Positions 1 through 9,257 of a DNA stretch of 64,000 nt are shown piece by piece. The stretch comes from Kiritimatiellia bacterium (GTDB taxonomy: Bacteria; Verrucomicrobiota; Kiritimatiellia; RFP12; JBMNHG01). The position numbers and the translations under genes are program-made. Where the stretch lies: contig JBMNHG010000006.1 in assembly GCA_050950285.1 (NCBI GenBank), forward strand, positions 105,167-169,166, in the 5' to 3' direction. The notes beneath the pieces are model-generated. The model was not told the DNA's origin. It worked only from the letters and a program-made list of their open reading frames with translations, and made no database searches. Positions within the stretch are counted from its first letter, which is position 1; the number at the start of each line of letters is the position of its first letter.

Positions 1-602
1 CGCTCGTCGAGGAAGTATTTCGCGAGGTCGAGGAAGGCGCGCTCGCCGGTGGTCTCGAAGAGTTTCACGAGCGCGAGTTCGATCTCCTCGTGGCCGGGGT
101 ATCCGCGCTTCTGGCCTTTCTTGCGGCCGAAGACGCTCGCGATCAGGCGGGCATAGCCCCGTGAGGCATCGAGAAGGGTTTCGTCGCCCGTGACGCGGGC
201 GAGGGCGACGGCGGCTTCGAAGAGGTGGCCCGCGCAGTACAGTTCGTGCCAGTCGCGCAGGTTCGTCCATCGCTTCTCCGGCTCCACCACGGTGAAATGG
301 GTGTTCAGGTAGCCGTCGGGCTGCTGGGCGGAGGCGACGAGGGCGGCAATGTCCCGGAGCTGCCGTTCCAGCTCGGGGTCGGGGGTGTCGCGCAGCGAAA
401 GGGCGCCGGCCTCCAGCCACTTCGCGACGTCCGAGTCCCAAAAGATGTGGGGCGGGTTGGGGTCGCCCGGCCGCCAGTCGAGACGGAAGGCGTCGATGCG
501 GCCGGTCTTCCGGCAGAGGTCGAGCCCTGCGGGAATCGTGACCGTGCGGTTCGTGTCGAGTTTCTTTCGCCAGAATCCGGATCGGATGCGGTGGTTGGAC
601 AT
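1..602 (-). CDS. Glycoside hydrolase family 127 / DUF1680-like (beta-L-arabinofuranosidase-like), N-terminal 200 aa. The gene runs off the window start.
   Basis: Own minus-strand translation from the ATG at 600-602 gives MSNHRIRSGFWRKKLDTNRTVTIPAGLDLCRKTGRIDAFRLDW...WHELYCAGHLFEAAVALARVTGDE...GYPGHEEIELALVKLF. It is absent from the ORF track because there is no stop in the window. Confidence 0.6.
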   Translation of the reverse strand, partial: MSNHRIRSGFWRKKLDTNRTVTIPAGLDLCRKTGRIDAFRLDWRPGDPNPPHIFWDSDVAKWLEAGALSLRDTPDPELERQLRDIAALVASAQQPDGYLNTHFTVVEPEKRWTNLRDWHELYCAGHLFEAAVALARVTGDETLLDASRGYARLIASVFGRKKGQKRGYPGHEEIELALVKLFETTGERAFLDLAKYFLDE

Positions 603-642
603 GCGTTCCTCTGTTGCGGCACGTGGGGAGGGATGGCGGGAA

Positions 643-1590
643 TCAGCGGATGGGCTCGACCTTCGTGAGGCGTGTGAGCCGCCGGACCTGCTCGAGGGTG
701 AAGTCGGCTGGGCGGAGGTTGAGCGCGTTCGCGGAGCCACAGGCGGTGGCAAAGCGGGCGACGGAGGGCATGGGGTGGCCGCGCAGCCAGGCGTCGGCGA
801 GGCCGGCGGTAGCCGAATCCCCGCTGCCGATGGGGTTCACGACCGTATCGAGGCGGGCGGGGATGACGCGCCATGCCCGGCCGTCCGCCGCGAGCAGCCA
901 TCCGGGGTCGGCGCCGTTGGTGATGAAGGCCCAGGTGGCGCCGCCGCGGGTGAGGCGGGCGGCGGAGTCGAGGGTGGTCTTCTCCGTGGTGCAGGCATCC
1001 CCGAAGGTCAGCCGCAACTCGTGGAGGTTCATCTTGGCCACAAGCGGATGGAAGGGCAGCGTCGCAAGGATGCCTCCCCGGTTCGAATCGATCACGAGCG
1101 GCACGCCGCGTTCCTCCGCGGCCCGCGCGAAGCGGGCGTGGAGGTCGTCCTGCACGCCCGGAGGGAGCGTTCCGCTGATGACGAGGAGGCGGGCGCGCGC
1201 GAGCTCGCGGAGGTTCACCGTCGCGAAGCGGCGCCAGGCGGCTTCGTCGGGCTCCGGGGCCTCCTCGACCAGCTCGGTGGCTTCGCCGCCCTTCGAAAGG
1301 TCGAGAACGGTCGTGCAGATGCGCGTGGGCGCCTTCGTCCGGCAGAAGGCCGTGCGGACGCCGTGACTCGCCAAGTCGTCCGCGACCATGCGGCCCGTGG
1401 AACCGCCGTTGAATCCGGTCACCACCGGCTCGTTGCCGAGCGTGGCGAGGGCGAGGCCCACGTTCACGGCCTTGCCGGCGGCGGAGAAGACAACGGATTT
1501 CGCCCGATTCACCGCGCCCGGCACGAAGGATTCGAAGACCATCGTCCGTTGCAGCGCGGGCGCGACACCCAGGGAAAGAATCGTGTCCAT
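643..1590 (-). CDS. PfkB-family carbohydrate kinase (1-phosphofructokinase / tagatose-6-phosphate kinase type)
   Basis: 315-aa ORF: MDTILSLGVAPALQRTMVF...GKAVNVGLALATLG...NPIGSGDSATAGLADAWLRG. This shows the ribokinase-like fold signature including the GSGD motif. Confidence 0.8.
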   Translation of the reverse strand: MDTILSLGVAPALQRTMVFESFVPGAVNRAKSVVFSAAGKAVNVGLALATLGNEPVVTGFNGGSTGRMVADDLASHGVRTAFCRTKAPTRICTTVLDLSKGGEATELVEEAPEPDEAAWRRFATVNLRELARARLLVISGTLPPGVQDDLHARFARAAEERGVPLVIDSNRGGILATLPFHPLVAKMNLHELRLTFGDACTTEKTTLDSAARLTRGGATWAFITNGADPGWLLAADGRAWRVIPARLDTVVNPIGSGDSATAGLADAWLRGHPMPSVARFATACGSANALNLRPADFTLEQVRRLTRLTKVEPIR

Positions 1591-1606
1591 CGGCCGGATT
1601 GCGGGA

Positions 1607-2656
1607 TCAGCGTTCTTGATAGATCATGTCCACGATCTGTCCGGTCGCCGAACTCTTCGTGATCTGGGCGATGAGTTCGTCGACCACATAGCCGTCCCAG
1701 GCGCTGGGCATGGGGGGTTCGTCGGCTTCGAAGCGGCGGATCATTTCGGCCATTTCGATGTGGAAGGCGTTCACGGCGGGATAGCGGTATTCGGTGGCAA
1801 CGCCGGTGGCGGCGTCCTGGTGCACGAGCAGCGCGCCGTTGTTCTCGGGGTGGTCCCAGAGCGGGGTGAAGAGGTCGAGGCGGCCCTTGGCGGTGTTGAT
1901 CTCCATGCGCTCGTCCCAGCCGTTGCGCTCGTAGCCGACGTTGCGGAAGGGGTGCCAGAGGCATTCGAGGTGGGCGATGCCGCCGTCGGGGAGCCAGAGC
2001 ATGGCGTTGGCCTGGTGGTCGACGTCCACGCCATCGCGGGAGGCGAGCCGGCCGCAGACGCGCGTGGGACGTCCGGCGAAGCCGCAGATGAGGTTGAGGA
2101 TGTGGCTGCCGCCGCAGACGAGCACGCCGCCGCCGTAGCTGCGCTTGGTGGGCGAAGGCTGCTCGAGGAGGAAGCCGGGAAGCGGATCCTCCCAGAAGGC
2201 GCCGAAGGGCTGCCAGGTGCGGGCATGGATGCTCGCGACGGGGCCCATGCCGGCGAGCAGTTTCTTGGCCTGGACCACGGCCGGGAAGAAGTTCTTCATG
2301 AAGGCGGTGGCGCAGAAGAGGCCCGCGCGTTCGGCGGCGCGCGCGATGTTGGCGGAATCGGCGGGAGAGTCGGTAAGGGTCTTTTCACAGACGACGCCTT
2401 TGCCGGCGGCAAGCGCGGCGAGGCAGATTTCCTTGTGGGCGGACGCGATGGTGCAGACGCTCACGAGATCGATCTCGGGGTCGGCCATCACGGTGCGGTA
2501 GTCGTCGCTGGCGCGCGCCCCGTAGAGGTCGGCAACCTTCTGGGCGGCTTCCAGGCGGATGTCGCAGACGTGCGCGACGCGGGCGCCGGCCTTCGCGTAG
2601 CCTTCGTGATGGAAGCGGGAGATGGCGCCGCAACCGATGATACCGACTTTCGTCAT
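1607..2656 (-). CDS. Gfo/Idh/MocA family oxidoreductase
   Basis: Start chosen at MTKVGIIGCGAISRFHHEGY (Rossmann GxGxxG) at 2654-2656. The ORF-track start at 2737 adds an unlikely leader. Confidence 0.8.
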   Translation of the reverse strand: MTKVGIIGCGAISRFHHEGYAKAGARVAHVCDIRLEAAQKVADLYGARASDDYRTVMADPEIDLVSVCTIASAHKEICLAALAAGKGVVCEKTLTDSPADSANIARAAERAGLFCATAFMKNFFPAVVQAKKLLAGMGPVASIHARTWQPFGAFWEDPLPGFLLEQPSPTKRSYGGGVLVCGGSHILNLICGFAGRPTRVCGRLASRDGVDVDHQANAMLWLPDGGIAHLECLWHPFRNVGYERNGWDERMEINTAKGRLDLFTPLWDHPENNGALLVHQDAATGVATEYRYPAVNAFHIEMAEMIRRFEADEPPMPSAWDGYVVDELIAQITKSSATGQIVDMIYQER

Positions 2657-2919
2657 GGGAATGCTCCTTGGTATGGAAAAGGAAGGACAGGGGAAAGAAT
2701 AGCGAAACCGTCGTCCGGCCTCAATCCGGAGTCGCACGATGCAGACGCCCCGGCGTTGCCGGATGATGAATCCATAGGATAGGACAAATCCGGGGTCGTT
2801 TCAATCTCCGATCGCAAGCGCGAAGGCGGAATCGCGCAGGTGACGGGGAGCGGGGGCGTCCCGGCCCGCGCGGCGCGCCGCGATGTGCGCTCCGGGGGCG
2901 GGACTCTCTCGCGGGGCCT

Positions 2920-5655
2920 TCAGCGGAGGAAGATCGCCGTGCCGGTCGACTGGGTCTCGTAGCATCCGAGATCAACGACACGGACGATCCGGCTGTTGCC
3001 GTCGAGGTCGACCGTCGCGGCGACGAGATCGTTGGTGCCCGCATTCCGGCAGGGCGAATCCTGCGTGAGGCGGAAGTCGCCGCCGGCCAGCGCCGTGCCG
3101 ACGCCCGTGCCGCCATCCACGAAGAGCGGATTGACGTCGATGCAATCGACCGCGGTATAGCCATCGATGGCATGGGTGTCGCAGTGGACGAGCACCACGT
3201 TGTTGCGGCGCCTTTCGGCATTGCCGCTGTCGAAATGGATGTCGGGGAGGATGCCGTCGCCATTGCCGAACAGAATGCTGTTGACCGCATGGAAGGTCGC
3301 GCCGCCGTCGCCATTCAGGATGATCGCGGCGGGGCCCTTGCCCCCCATCCAGTTGTTCGGATCGGCGCGGTTGCCGGTGACGGTGCAGTTTTCGAGCCTG
3401 GCATGGCCGGCCTCGATGCCGATTGCGCCGCCGGCGTTGGTGCTTTCGTTGCCGTAGAGCAGGCAGTTCTCGAGGATCACGGTGCCCCAGTTGTTGATGC
3501 CTACTGCGCCGCCACGGTCGTCGGCGTAGTTGTGGTGGAGGATGCATCGCCGCAGTGTCGCGGTGCAGCCGTCGATCTGGATGGCGCCGCCGTAGCCCTG
3601 GGATTTGCCGGTGATCCAATGGTTGAAGCCGGCGATCGTGATGCCTTCGATCTCGCTGCCGTTCGCCGCCGATGGCAGGTAGAAGCCGCGGTAGTGGTCG
3701 CTGGATGGAGAGAATACGATCGTTTCGGGCGCGCCCTCGCCGACGATGCGCAACGGCTTCGAGAGCGTGATCGTCGACGCCGCGGCGTACGTGCCGGGGA
3801 AGACGTGGATCGTGGACATGCCGTTCGTGTCGCCATACGCGGCTCCCATGGCGGCCGCAAGATCCGTGGCGGCCTTCGCGGGGGTGTCGTAGGGGGAGAT
3901 CGCCGCCCCGTTGGTCGCCACGTAGATGTCGCGCGGCGAGACGGTGAAGGCGGGGAGGAGATTCGTAAAGACCTCGCCGCCGCTGTTGCGGACGACGGCC
4001 TGGCAGGCGTAGGTGCCGGGGACCGCGTAGAGGTTCGTGGCGGACCGGGCGCCGGAGAAGGGCTCCTGCGTGCCGTCGCCGAAGTCCCAGGCGATCTCGA
4101 TCCCGTTGGTGTTCGCGCCGGTGACGGACGAGAGGGAGAAGACGACCTCGAGGGGCGCGAGCCCGGCGTCCGGCGTCTGGGAGAAGCCGGCGGCGAGGGG
4201 GCCGAACTTGGCGTCGGGGGCCTCGTAGCAGCCCATGTCGCAGGCCGCGACATCGTCGCCGTCGCCGTCCAGGGGGCGCGCGGTGCCGTCCAGGTCGGTG
4301 GCGGGCGCGCCGTCTGCCGTGGCGGTGTCGATGCAGGGGGAGCCGGGGCGGAGATGGTAGTCGCCGGCCGCGGCGTCCGCGAAGAGGGCCGGTCCGGCCA
4401 CGTTGCCGTTGCCCGAGGCGAGCGGAAGGGTGCAGGAATAGGCCAGCGACTGCCCATGGCCCAGGTTGAAGTTGTCCTGGTCGGACGAAGACGACGCATT
4501 GTTGCAGGAGATGCAGTTCACCAGGGAAATCCCGCCGCCGAAGATGCCGCCGGGGCTGTTCGGCGCATAGTTGCCGGCGATGGTGCAGTTCCGCAGGACG
4601 ACGGAGCCGCTTTCGCGGGTGAAGGCGCCGCCGTAGTTGCTGGTCCAGTTGCCGACGATCAGGCAGTTCTCCAGGAGGCAGTCCTCGCCGCGCACGCAGA
4701 CGCCGCCGCCGCGGTCGGTGGTGGAGCCGCCCGTGATCCGGCAGGCGAGGACCTTTCCGCGGGCGCCGTCCAGGCAGAGGTTTCCGCCGAAGTTGCCGCC
4801 CGCTCCGCCGGTGGCCACGCCGTTGGTGAAGGTGAAGCCCCGGAGGGTCGCGTCCGTGCCATACACGTATGCGCAACGCTGGCCGTTCCCGGCCAGGATG
4901 GTGGTGGCTTCGGCGCCCTCGACCGATTCCAGGACGAGGGGCTTCCCGATCATCAGCATCGAGGAAAGCTGGTAGACGCCGTTGGTCACACGGATCACCG
5001 ACGAGGTGGAGGCGCTGCCGAAGGCCGTGTCGATCGCGGGCTGGATCGAGGTGGCGGCCTTCTCCCAGGTGTCGTAGGGGGCGGTGTCGCTCCCGTCGGG
5101 CGAGACATACAGGATGGCCGGCGCGACGCCCACCGCCATGTCGCCGCTCTTGGCGCCGTCGCCGACGGAGTTCGTGGCGGAGAGGGTCGCGACGTAGGTG
5201 CCGGGGACCGTGTAGGTGTGGGCCGTGGAGGCAAGGTCGGCTCCGGACTGTTTTTCGCCGTCGCCGAAGTCCCAATAGTAGACGACGCCCGTCTGCATGG
5301 CGCCGGCGATGGACGAGGAGAAGGTGACGGGCACGGGGACGAGCCCGCCATCGGTACTCGCGGACGCAGCGCAGCGGAAGGGGCCTGCGAAGGGGCCGTC
5401 GGCCTCGTAGGCGCCGATGTCGGGGAGGGCGATTCCGTCGTCGTCGCCGTCGATCGGCCGGGCGGCGCCGGCGAAGTCCCCGGCGGGGGCATGCTCGGGG
5501 GCCGCAGCGTCGAGGCACGGGGAAGCAGGACCGAGCCGCAGGTCGCCGTCCCAGGCGTACGCCGTGCCGTAGCCGGTGCCGGGGTTCAGGAATTCGGGGG
5601 GATCGAGCAGCAGTTCGCCGCGCTGGAGGGCTGGGGCGTCACGCAGCAGTTCGAG
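2920..5655 (-). CDS. Secreted right-handed beta-helix / PKD-domain surface protein, C-terminal two modules. This is the downstream part of a frameshift-interrupted gene.
   Basis: Repeated modules of the type YVSPDGSDTAPYDTWEKAATSIQPAIDTA, then beta-helix repeats (NCxxxGN), then DPLFxD..GDYxLxPGSPCID. There are two PKD-like segments (WDFGDG...YTVPGTY / YAVPGTY). Protein-like sequence in this frame only begins near 5650. Confidence 0.75.
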   Translation of the reverse strand, partial: LELLRDAPALQRGELLLDPPEFLNPGTGYGTAYAWDGDLRLGPASPCLDAAAPEHAPAGDFAGAARPIDGDDDGIALPDIGAYEADGPFAGPFRCAASASTDGGLVPVPVTFSSSIAGAMQTGVVYYWDFGDGEKQSGADLASTAHTYTVPGTYVATLSATNSVGDGAKSGDMAVGVAPAILYVSPDGSDTAPYDTWEKAATSIQPAIDTAFGSASTSSVIRVTNGVYQLSSMLMIGKPLVLESVEGAEATTILAGNGQRCAYVYGTDATLRGFTFTNGVATGGAGGNFGGNLCLDGARGKVLACRITGGSTTDRGGGVCVRGEDCLLENCLIVGNWTSNYGGAFTRESGSVVLRNCTIAGNYAPNSPGGIFGGGISLVNCISCNNASSSSDQDNFNLGHGQSLAYSCTLPLASGNGNVAGPALFADAAAGDYHLRPGSPCIDTATADGAPATDLDGTARPLDGDGDDVAACDMGCYEAPDAKFGPLAAGFSQTPDAGLAPLEVVFSLSSVTGANTNGIEIAWDFGDGTQEPFSGARSATNLYAVPGTYACQAVVRNSGGEVFTNLLPAFTVSPRDIYVATNGAAISPYDTPAKAATDLAAAMGAAYGDTNGMSTIHVFPGTYAAASTITLSKPLRIVGEGAPETIVFSPSSDHYRGFYLPSAANGSEIEGITIAGFNHWITGKSQGYGGAIQIDGCTATLRRCILHHNYADDRGGAVGINNWGTVILENCLLYGNESTNAGGAIGIEAGHARLENCTVTGNRADPNNWMGGKGPAAIILNGDGGATFHAVNSILFGNGDGILPDIHFDSGNAERRRNNVVLVHCDTHAIDGYTAVDCIDVNPLFVDGGTGVGTALAGGDFRLTQDSPCRNAGTNDLVAATVDLDGNSRIVRVVDLGCYETQSTGTAIFLR

Positions 5656-6425
5656 AAGGTCAACCCGCCGCCCCAATCGGCGAAGTTGGCCACGCCGGTG
5701 GAACTCCGGTTGTCCACGACGATCGAGTTCAGCACCTCCAGGGCGGAGCCGTGGCTCACGAGGATTCCCGCACCCGCATTCGACTGGTCGTTGCGGGTGA
5801 CGGTGCAGTTGCGGAGCGTCATCCGGGCGTCGTTCCTTTCGGTGGAGAGGACGGCATAGTTCCAGGAGGAGTTCCCGGCGACGAGGCAGTTCTCCAGGGT
5901 GGCGCGGGAATAGGGGCCAGCCCAGACGGCGGCGCCGCGGTCGCGGCTGATGTTGCGGGTCAGGATGCACCGGCGGAAGGTCGCCCGCGCATGGTGGTCG
6001 GCGTCGGACCCCTGGAGACGGACGCCGCCGCCGAAGTGGTTTTCATCGCTGGCGTAGCCGTCCGCGATGGTGAGGTCCTCGAAGGTCGCGTCGCCGCCGG
6101 CCGCGACCGCGAACACACGGCGCCGGCCCGCGCCGCCGCCGGAAACGATCGTGTCGAAAGCCGAATTCGCGCCTCGGATCGCGAGCGTCTTGTCGATCGT
6201 CACATGGTAGCCGACCGTATAGGTCCCGCTGGCGAGGGTGATGGTGTCGCCGGAAGCGGCTTTCGTAACGGCGGCCTGCGGGGTGGCGAGGGCGGTCGCC
6301 CACGAGTCCCCGGTGTTTGCGTCGTCGCCGTCGGGCGAGACGAACAGTTCCGCCGCCGCGCACCGTGCCAGGGGGATCGCTGCGAGCGAGGAAAAGAGGA
6401 AGAGGGACAGGAGTTGTCGTTTCAT
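5586..6425 (-). CDS. N-terminal module of the same beta-helix surface protein (signal peptide plus first beta-helix module), ending at a premature stop after a frame change
   Basis: MKRQLLSLFLFSSLAAIPLARCAAAELFVSPDGDDANTGDSWATALATPQAAV... The start is at 6423-6425. The sequence continues naturally in the frame of 2920-5655. Confidence 0.7.
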   Translation of the reverse strand: MKRQLLSLFLFSSLAAIPLARCAAAELFVSPDGDDANTGDSWATALATPQAAVTKAASGDTITLASGTYTVGYHVTIDKTLAIRGANSAFDTIVSGGGAGRRRVFAVAAGGDATFEDLTIADGYASDENHFGGGVRLQGSDADHHARATFRRCILTRNISRDRGAAVWAGPYSRATLENCLVAGNSSWNYAVLSTERNDARMTLRNCTVTRNDQSNAGAGILVSHGSALEVLNSIVVDNRSSTGVANFADWGGGLTFSNCCVTPQPSSAANCCSIPPNS

Positions 6426-6798
6426 GTTCGTGGCCTCATGTGCAGGGTGCAATTGCGGAAAAATCGTCCGGACGGACAGGGGCGGCAGCCCCGCCATCGA
6501 AAGATGGTCATAGTGTACGTTTCAAGAAAAGCACCGTCAAGGAATTCCCGTACCCGGGCACCTCGCTTGTCAAAGTGCGGCCTGCCGTTCGCTTGTGTTC
6601 CAATAACGCGGCATGCTATTCTGCGACGATGGCAACTGGATGCTGGCGGCTTGACGCGACGCCGAGAAGCCGAAAGTCCCCGCACCCGCCGAACCGCAAC
6701 AGACAACGATCTGTCCCAAGTGCGGGGCCGGGATGGTCCTGCGCACGGCAAAACGCGGCTCGTGACTCTTCAACTGGATTCGTGAAAGGTTTGGGGTT

Positions 6799-7173
6799 AT
6801 GCAAAAAGCCTTCTCGTTATCATCGCGCCTGAGGAGTTTCCGGCACGCCTTCGCCGGCATCGGGATGCTGTTGAAGTCGCAACACAATGCACGGGTTCAC
6901 CTGATGGCGACCGTCATCGTGACGGGTGCGGGATTTTGGTTCAAGGTTGCCGCTGGCGACTGGTGCTGCCTGGTGCTCGCCATCATGGCGGTCTGGAGCG
7001 CCGAAGCGATGAATACGGCCTTCGAGTTTCTGGCCGATGCGGCGTCTCCCGGTTTTCATCCGCTGGTAAAACATGCCAAAGACGTGGCGGCGGGCGCCGT
7101 CCTGCTGGCGGCAATCGGAGCCGCAGCGATCGGGGTGCTGGTTTTCACGCCCTGCTTGATGGGACGGACATAG
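6799..7173 (+). CDS. dgkA: Diacylglycerol kinase / undecaprenol kinase family membrane protein
   Basis: 124 aa with three TM segments. SAEAMNTAFEFLADAASPGFHPLVKHAKDVAAGAVL matches the DgkA E..NTA.E..D...H...K..KD.AAGAV signature. Confidence 0.8.
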   Translation: MQKAFSLSSRLRSFRHAFAGIGMLLKSQHNARVHLMATVIVTGAGFWFKVAAGDWCCLVLAIMAVWSAEAMNTAFEFLADAASPGFHPLVKHAKDVAAGAVLLAAIGAAAIGVLVFTPCLMGRT

Positions 7174-7295
7174 GGCCAAACGCACGTCTTCTTCTCATCC
7201 TTCAGCATCGCCATCGCCTTGTTTCCGGTGTCACGAATTGTGAGGCAACGCGCTCGCGGTCCCATGGGAAATCGATTTCCCCCTTCGGACGCATA

Positions 7296-7304
7296 TGATA
7301 TAAT
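7296..7304 (+). promoter_or_regulatory. Possible extended -10 element (TGaTATAAT) upstream of htpG
   Basis: The sequence atatgatataatgg lies 34 nt upstream of the htpG ATG. No convincing -35 box and no sigma-32 consensus was seen. Confidence 0.3.
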
Positions 7305-7337
7305 GGAGCACTCTCTTTTAGAAAGGAATCCCCTGCC

Positions 7338-9221
7338 ATGTCCAAACCGCGTACCCGCGCTTTCAAGACCGAGGTGAGCGACCTGCTCCACCTCGTCATC
7401 CATTCGCTCTATTCCAAGAAGGAGATTTTCCTCCGCGAACTCGTCTCCAATGCCTCCGACGCCATCGACCGGGCACACTACGAGGGGCTCACCGACAAGT
7501 CGCTCGTGAGCGATTCCCCCGACTGGGCGATCGACCTCATTGCCGACAAGGAGAAGAAGACCCTCGTGATCGAGGACAACGGCATTGGAATGTCCGCCGA
7601 CGACCTCGAGAAGAACCTGGGCACCATCGCCTCTTCCGGCACGCGCGCCTTCCTCGAATCGCTGAAGGGCTCCTCCGACGCCAAACCCGACATCCCCGAG
7701 ATGATCGGGCAATTCGGCGTGGGCTTCTATGCGGCCTTCATGGTGGCGGAGTCGGTGGTGGTCGACTCCCTCCGCCGCGGCGAGGGGCAGACCGCCGTCC
7801 GATGGTCCTCGAAGGGCGAAGGCACCTATACCCTGTCCGAATCCGACCGCACCGTCCCCGGCACGCGCATCACCCTCCACATCCGCGAGGACTCGCTGGA
7901 GTTCCTCGACGAATGGCGCATCCGCGAAATCATCCGCCGCTACTCCGATTTCATCGTCTATCCGATCCGCCTCGCAACGGAAGGCAAGGAGATCGACCGC
8001 GCGCTGCCCGCCCTCAATACCATGCGGGCCCTGTGGCGCCGCCCGAAGGCCGAGGTGAAGCCCGAGGAGTACAAGGAATTCTACCAGCACCTCGCCCACG
8101 ACTACCAGGAGCCCCTCAAGACCATCCACCTTTCCGTCGAGGGGCAGCTCGAATTCTACGCGCTCCTCTTCATCCCCAAGACCGCCACGCAGGACCTCTT
8201 CATCCCCGGACGCAGGCACGGCCTCCAGCTCTACGTGCGGAACGTCTTCATCGGATCCGACTTCGAGGCGCTCCTGCCCGAGAACCTCCGCTTCGTGCGG
8301 GGCGTGGTCGATTCCTCCGACCTGCCCCTCAACGTCTCCCGCGAGATGCTGCAGGACGAGGCCGTCATTCGCAAAATCCGCTCGAATCTCGCCGGGAAGA
8401 TCCTCTCCACCCTCAAGGAGATGCGCGAGACGGAGCCGGACGACTACCTCGTGTTCTTCCGCACCTTCGGACGCATTCTCAAGGAAGGCCTCCACTCCGA
8501 CATCGGGAACAGCGACAAGCTCAAGGAACTCTTCCTCTACGAGTCCGCCGTCCACGGCAACATGATTTCCCTGCGCGAATACCGCGACGCCATGCCCGAA
8601 TCGCAAAAGGCCATCTACCACCTCTGCGCCGAGACGATCGAGGACGCCCGCCGGTCCCCCCACCTCGAGGCTTTCCGGTCGCGCGGCATCGACGTGCTGC
8701 TCATGGGAGACCCCATTGACGAATGGATCCTGCCCGCGCTGGACGAATACGACGGCGTCCCCTTCCACGCCATCGACAAGGGCGACGTCGACCTCTCCGC
8801 CGCCGAAGAGAAGGAGGCTGTCGAACAGGAGCGCGAAGAAGCCACCCGGCGCTTCCAGCCGCTGATGGACTTTATGCAGGCCCACCTCTCCGAATTCGTG
8901 AAGGAGACCCGCATCGGCAAGACCCTCGTCGACTCGCCCGCCGTCCTCGCCCGCGACACGCAGGCCATCAACCCCGCCGTCGCCCGCATGCTGCGCTCCA
9001 TGGGGCAGGACGTGCCCGTGCCGCTCCGCATCCTTGAAATCAACCCCGCCCACCCCCTCATCGTCCGTCTGGCCGAGCGGCTCGCCGCGAACCGCGACGA
9101 CCCCGCCCTCGTGGACCTGGTCGACCTCCTCTACGACCAGTCGCTCGTGGCCGAGGGCTCCCCCCCGCGCGACCCGGCGGCCTTCTCCCGCAACCTCACC
9201 AGGCTGATGGTCGGCGAATAG
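7338..9221 (+). CDS. htpG: Molecular chaperone HtpG (Hsp90)
   Basis: 627 aa: FKTEVSDLLHLVIHSLYSKKEIFLRELVSNASDAIDR...IGQFGVGFYAAFMVA, the canonical Hsp90 N-terminal ATPase motifs. Confidence 0.95.
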   Translation: MSKPRTRAFKTEVSDLLHLVIHSLYSKKEIFLRELVSNASDAIDRAHYEGLTDKSLVSDSPDWAIDLIADKEKKTLVIEDNGIGMSADDLEKNLGTIASSGTRAFLESLKGSSDAKPDIPEMIGQFGVGFYAAFMVAESVVVDSLRRGEGQTAVRWSSKGEGTYTLSESDRTVPGTRITLHIREDSLEFLDEWRIREIIRRYSDFIVYPIRLATEGKEIDRALPALNTMRALWRRPKAEVKPEEYKEFYQHLAHDYQEPLKTIHLSVEGQLEFYALLFIPKTATQDLFIPGRRHGLQLYVRNVFIGSDFEALLPENLRFVRGVVDSSDLPLNVSREMLQDEAVIRKIRSNLAGKILSTLKEMRETEPDDYLVFFRTFGRILKEGLHSDIGNSDKLKELFLYESAVHGNMISLREYRDAMPESQKAIYHLCAETIEDARRSPHLEAFRSRGIDVLLMGDPIDEWILPALDEYDGVPFHAIDKGDVDLSAAEEKEAVEQEREEATRRFQPLMDFMQAHLSEFVKETRIGKTLVDSPAVLARDTQAINPAVARMLRSMGQDVPVPLRILEINPAHPLIVRLAERLAANRDDPALVDLVDLLYDQSLVAEGSPPRDPAAFSRNLTRLMVGE

Positions 9222-9232
9222 GCGGCGCCGCG

Positions 9233-9257
9233 GCCCGCCGCCTCGCCGGCGGCGGGC
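9233..9257. terminator. GC-rich hairpin between the convergent htpG and MTHFR-fusion genes; candidate bidirectional terminator
   Basis: gcccgccgcc-tcgcc-ggcggcgggc is a perfect 10-bp stem with a 5-nt loop. There is no clear U-tract. Confidence 0.4.

Noticed and set aside
6655-6765. Zinc-ribbon-like peptide ...ICPKCGAGMVLRTAKRGS* (resembles the C4 zinc finger of topoisomerase-type proteins) in the dgkA upstream region
   Set aside because: The frame opens just after a stop at 6652-6654. It has no ATG/GTG/TTG before the motif; the only Met is inside it. At best it is a gene remnant and is too short to support.
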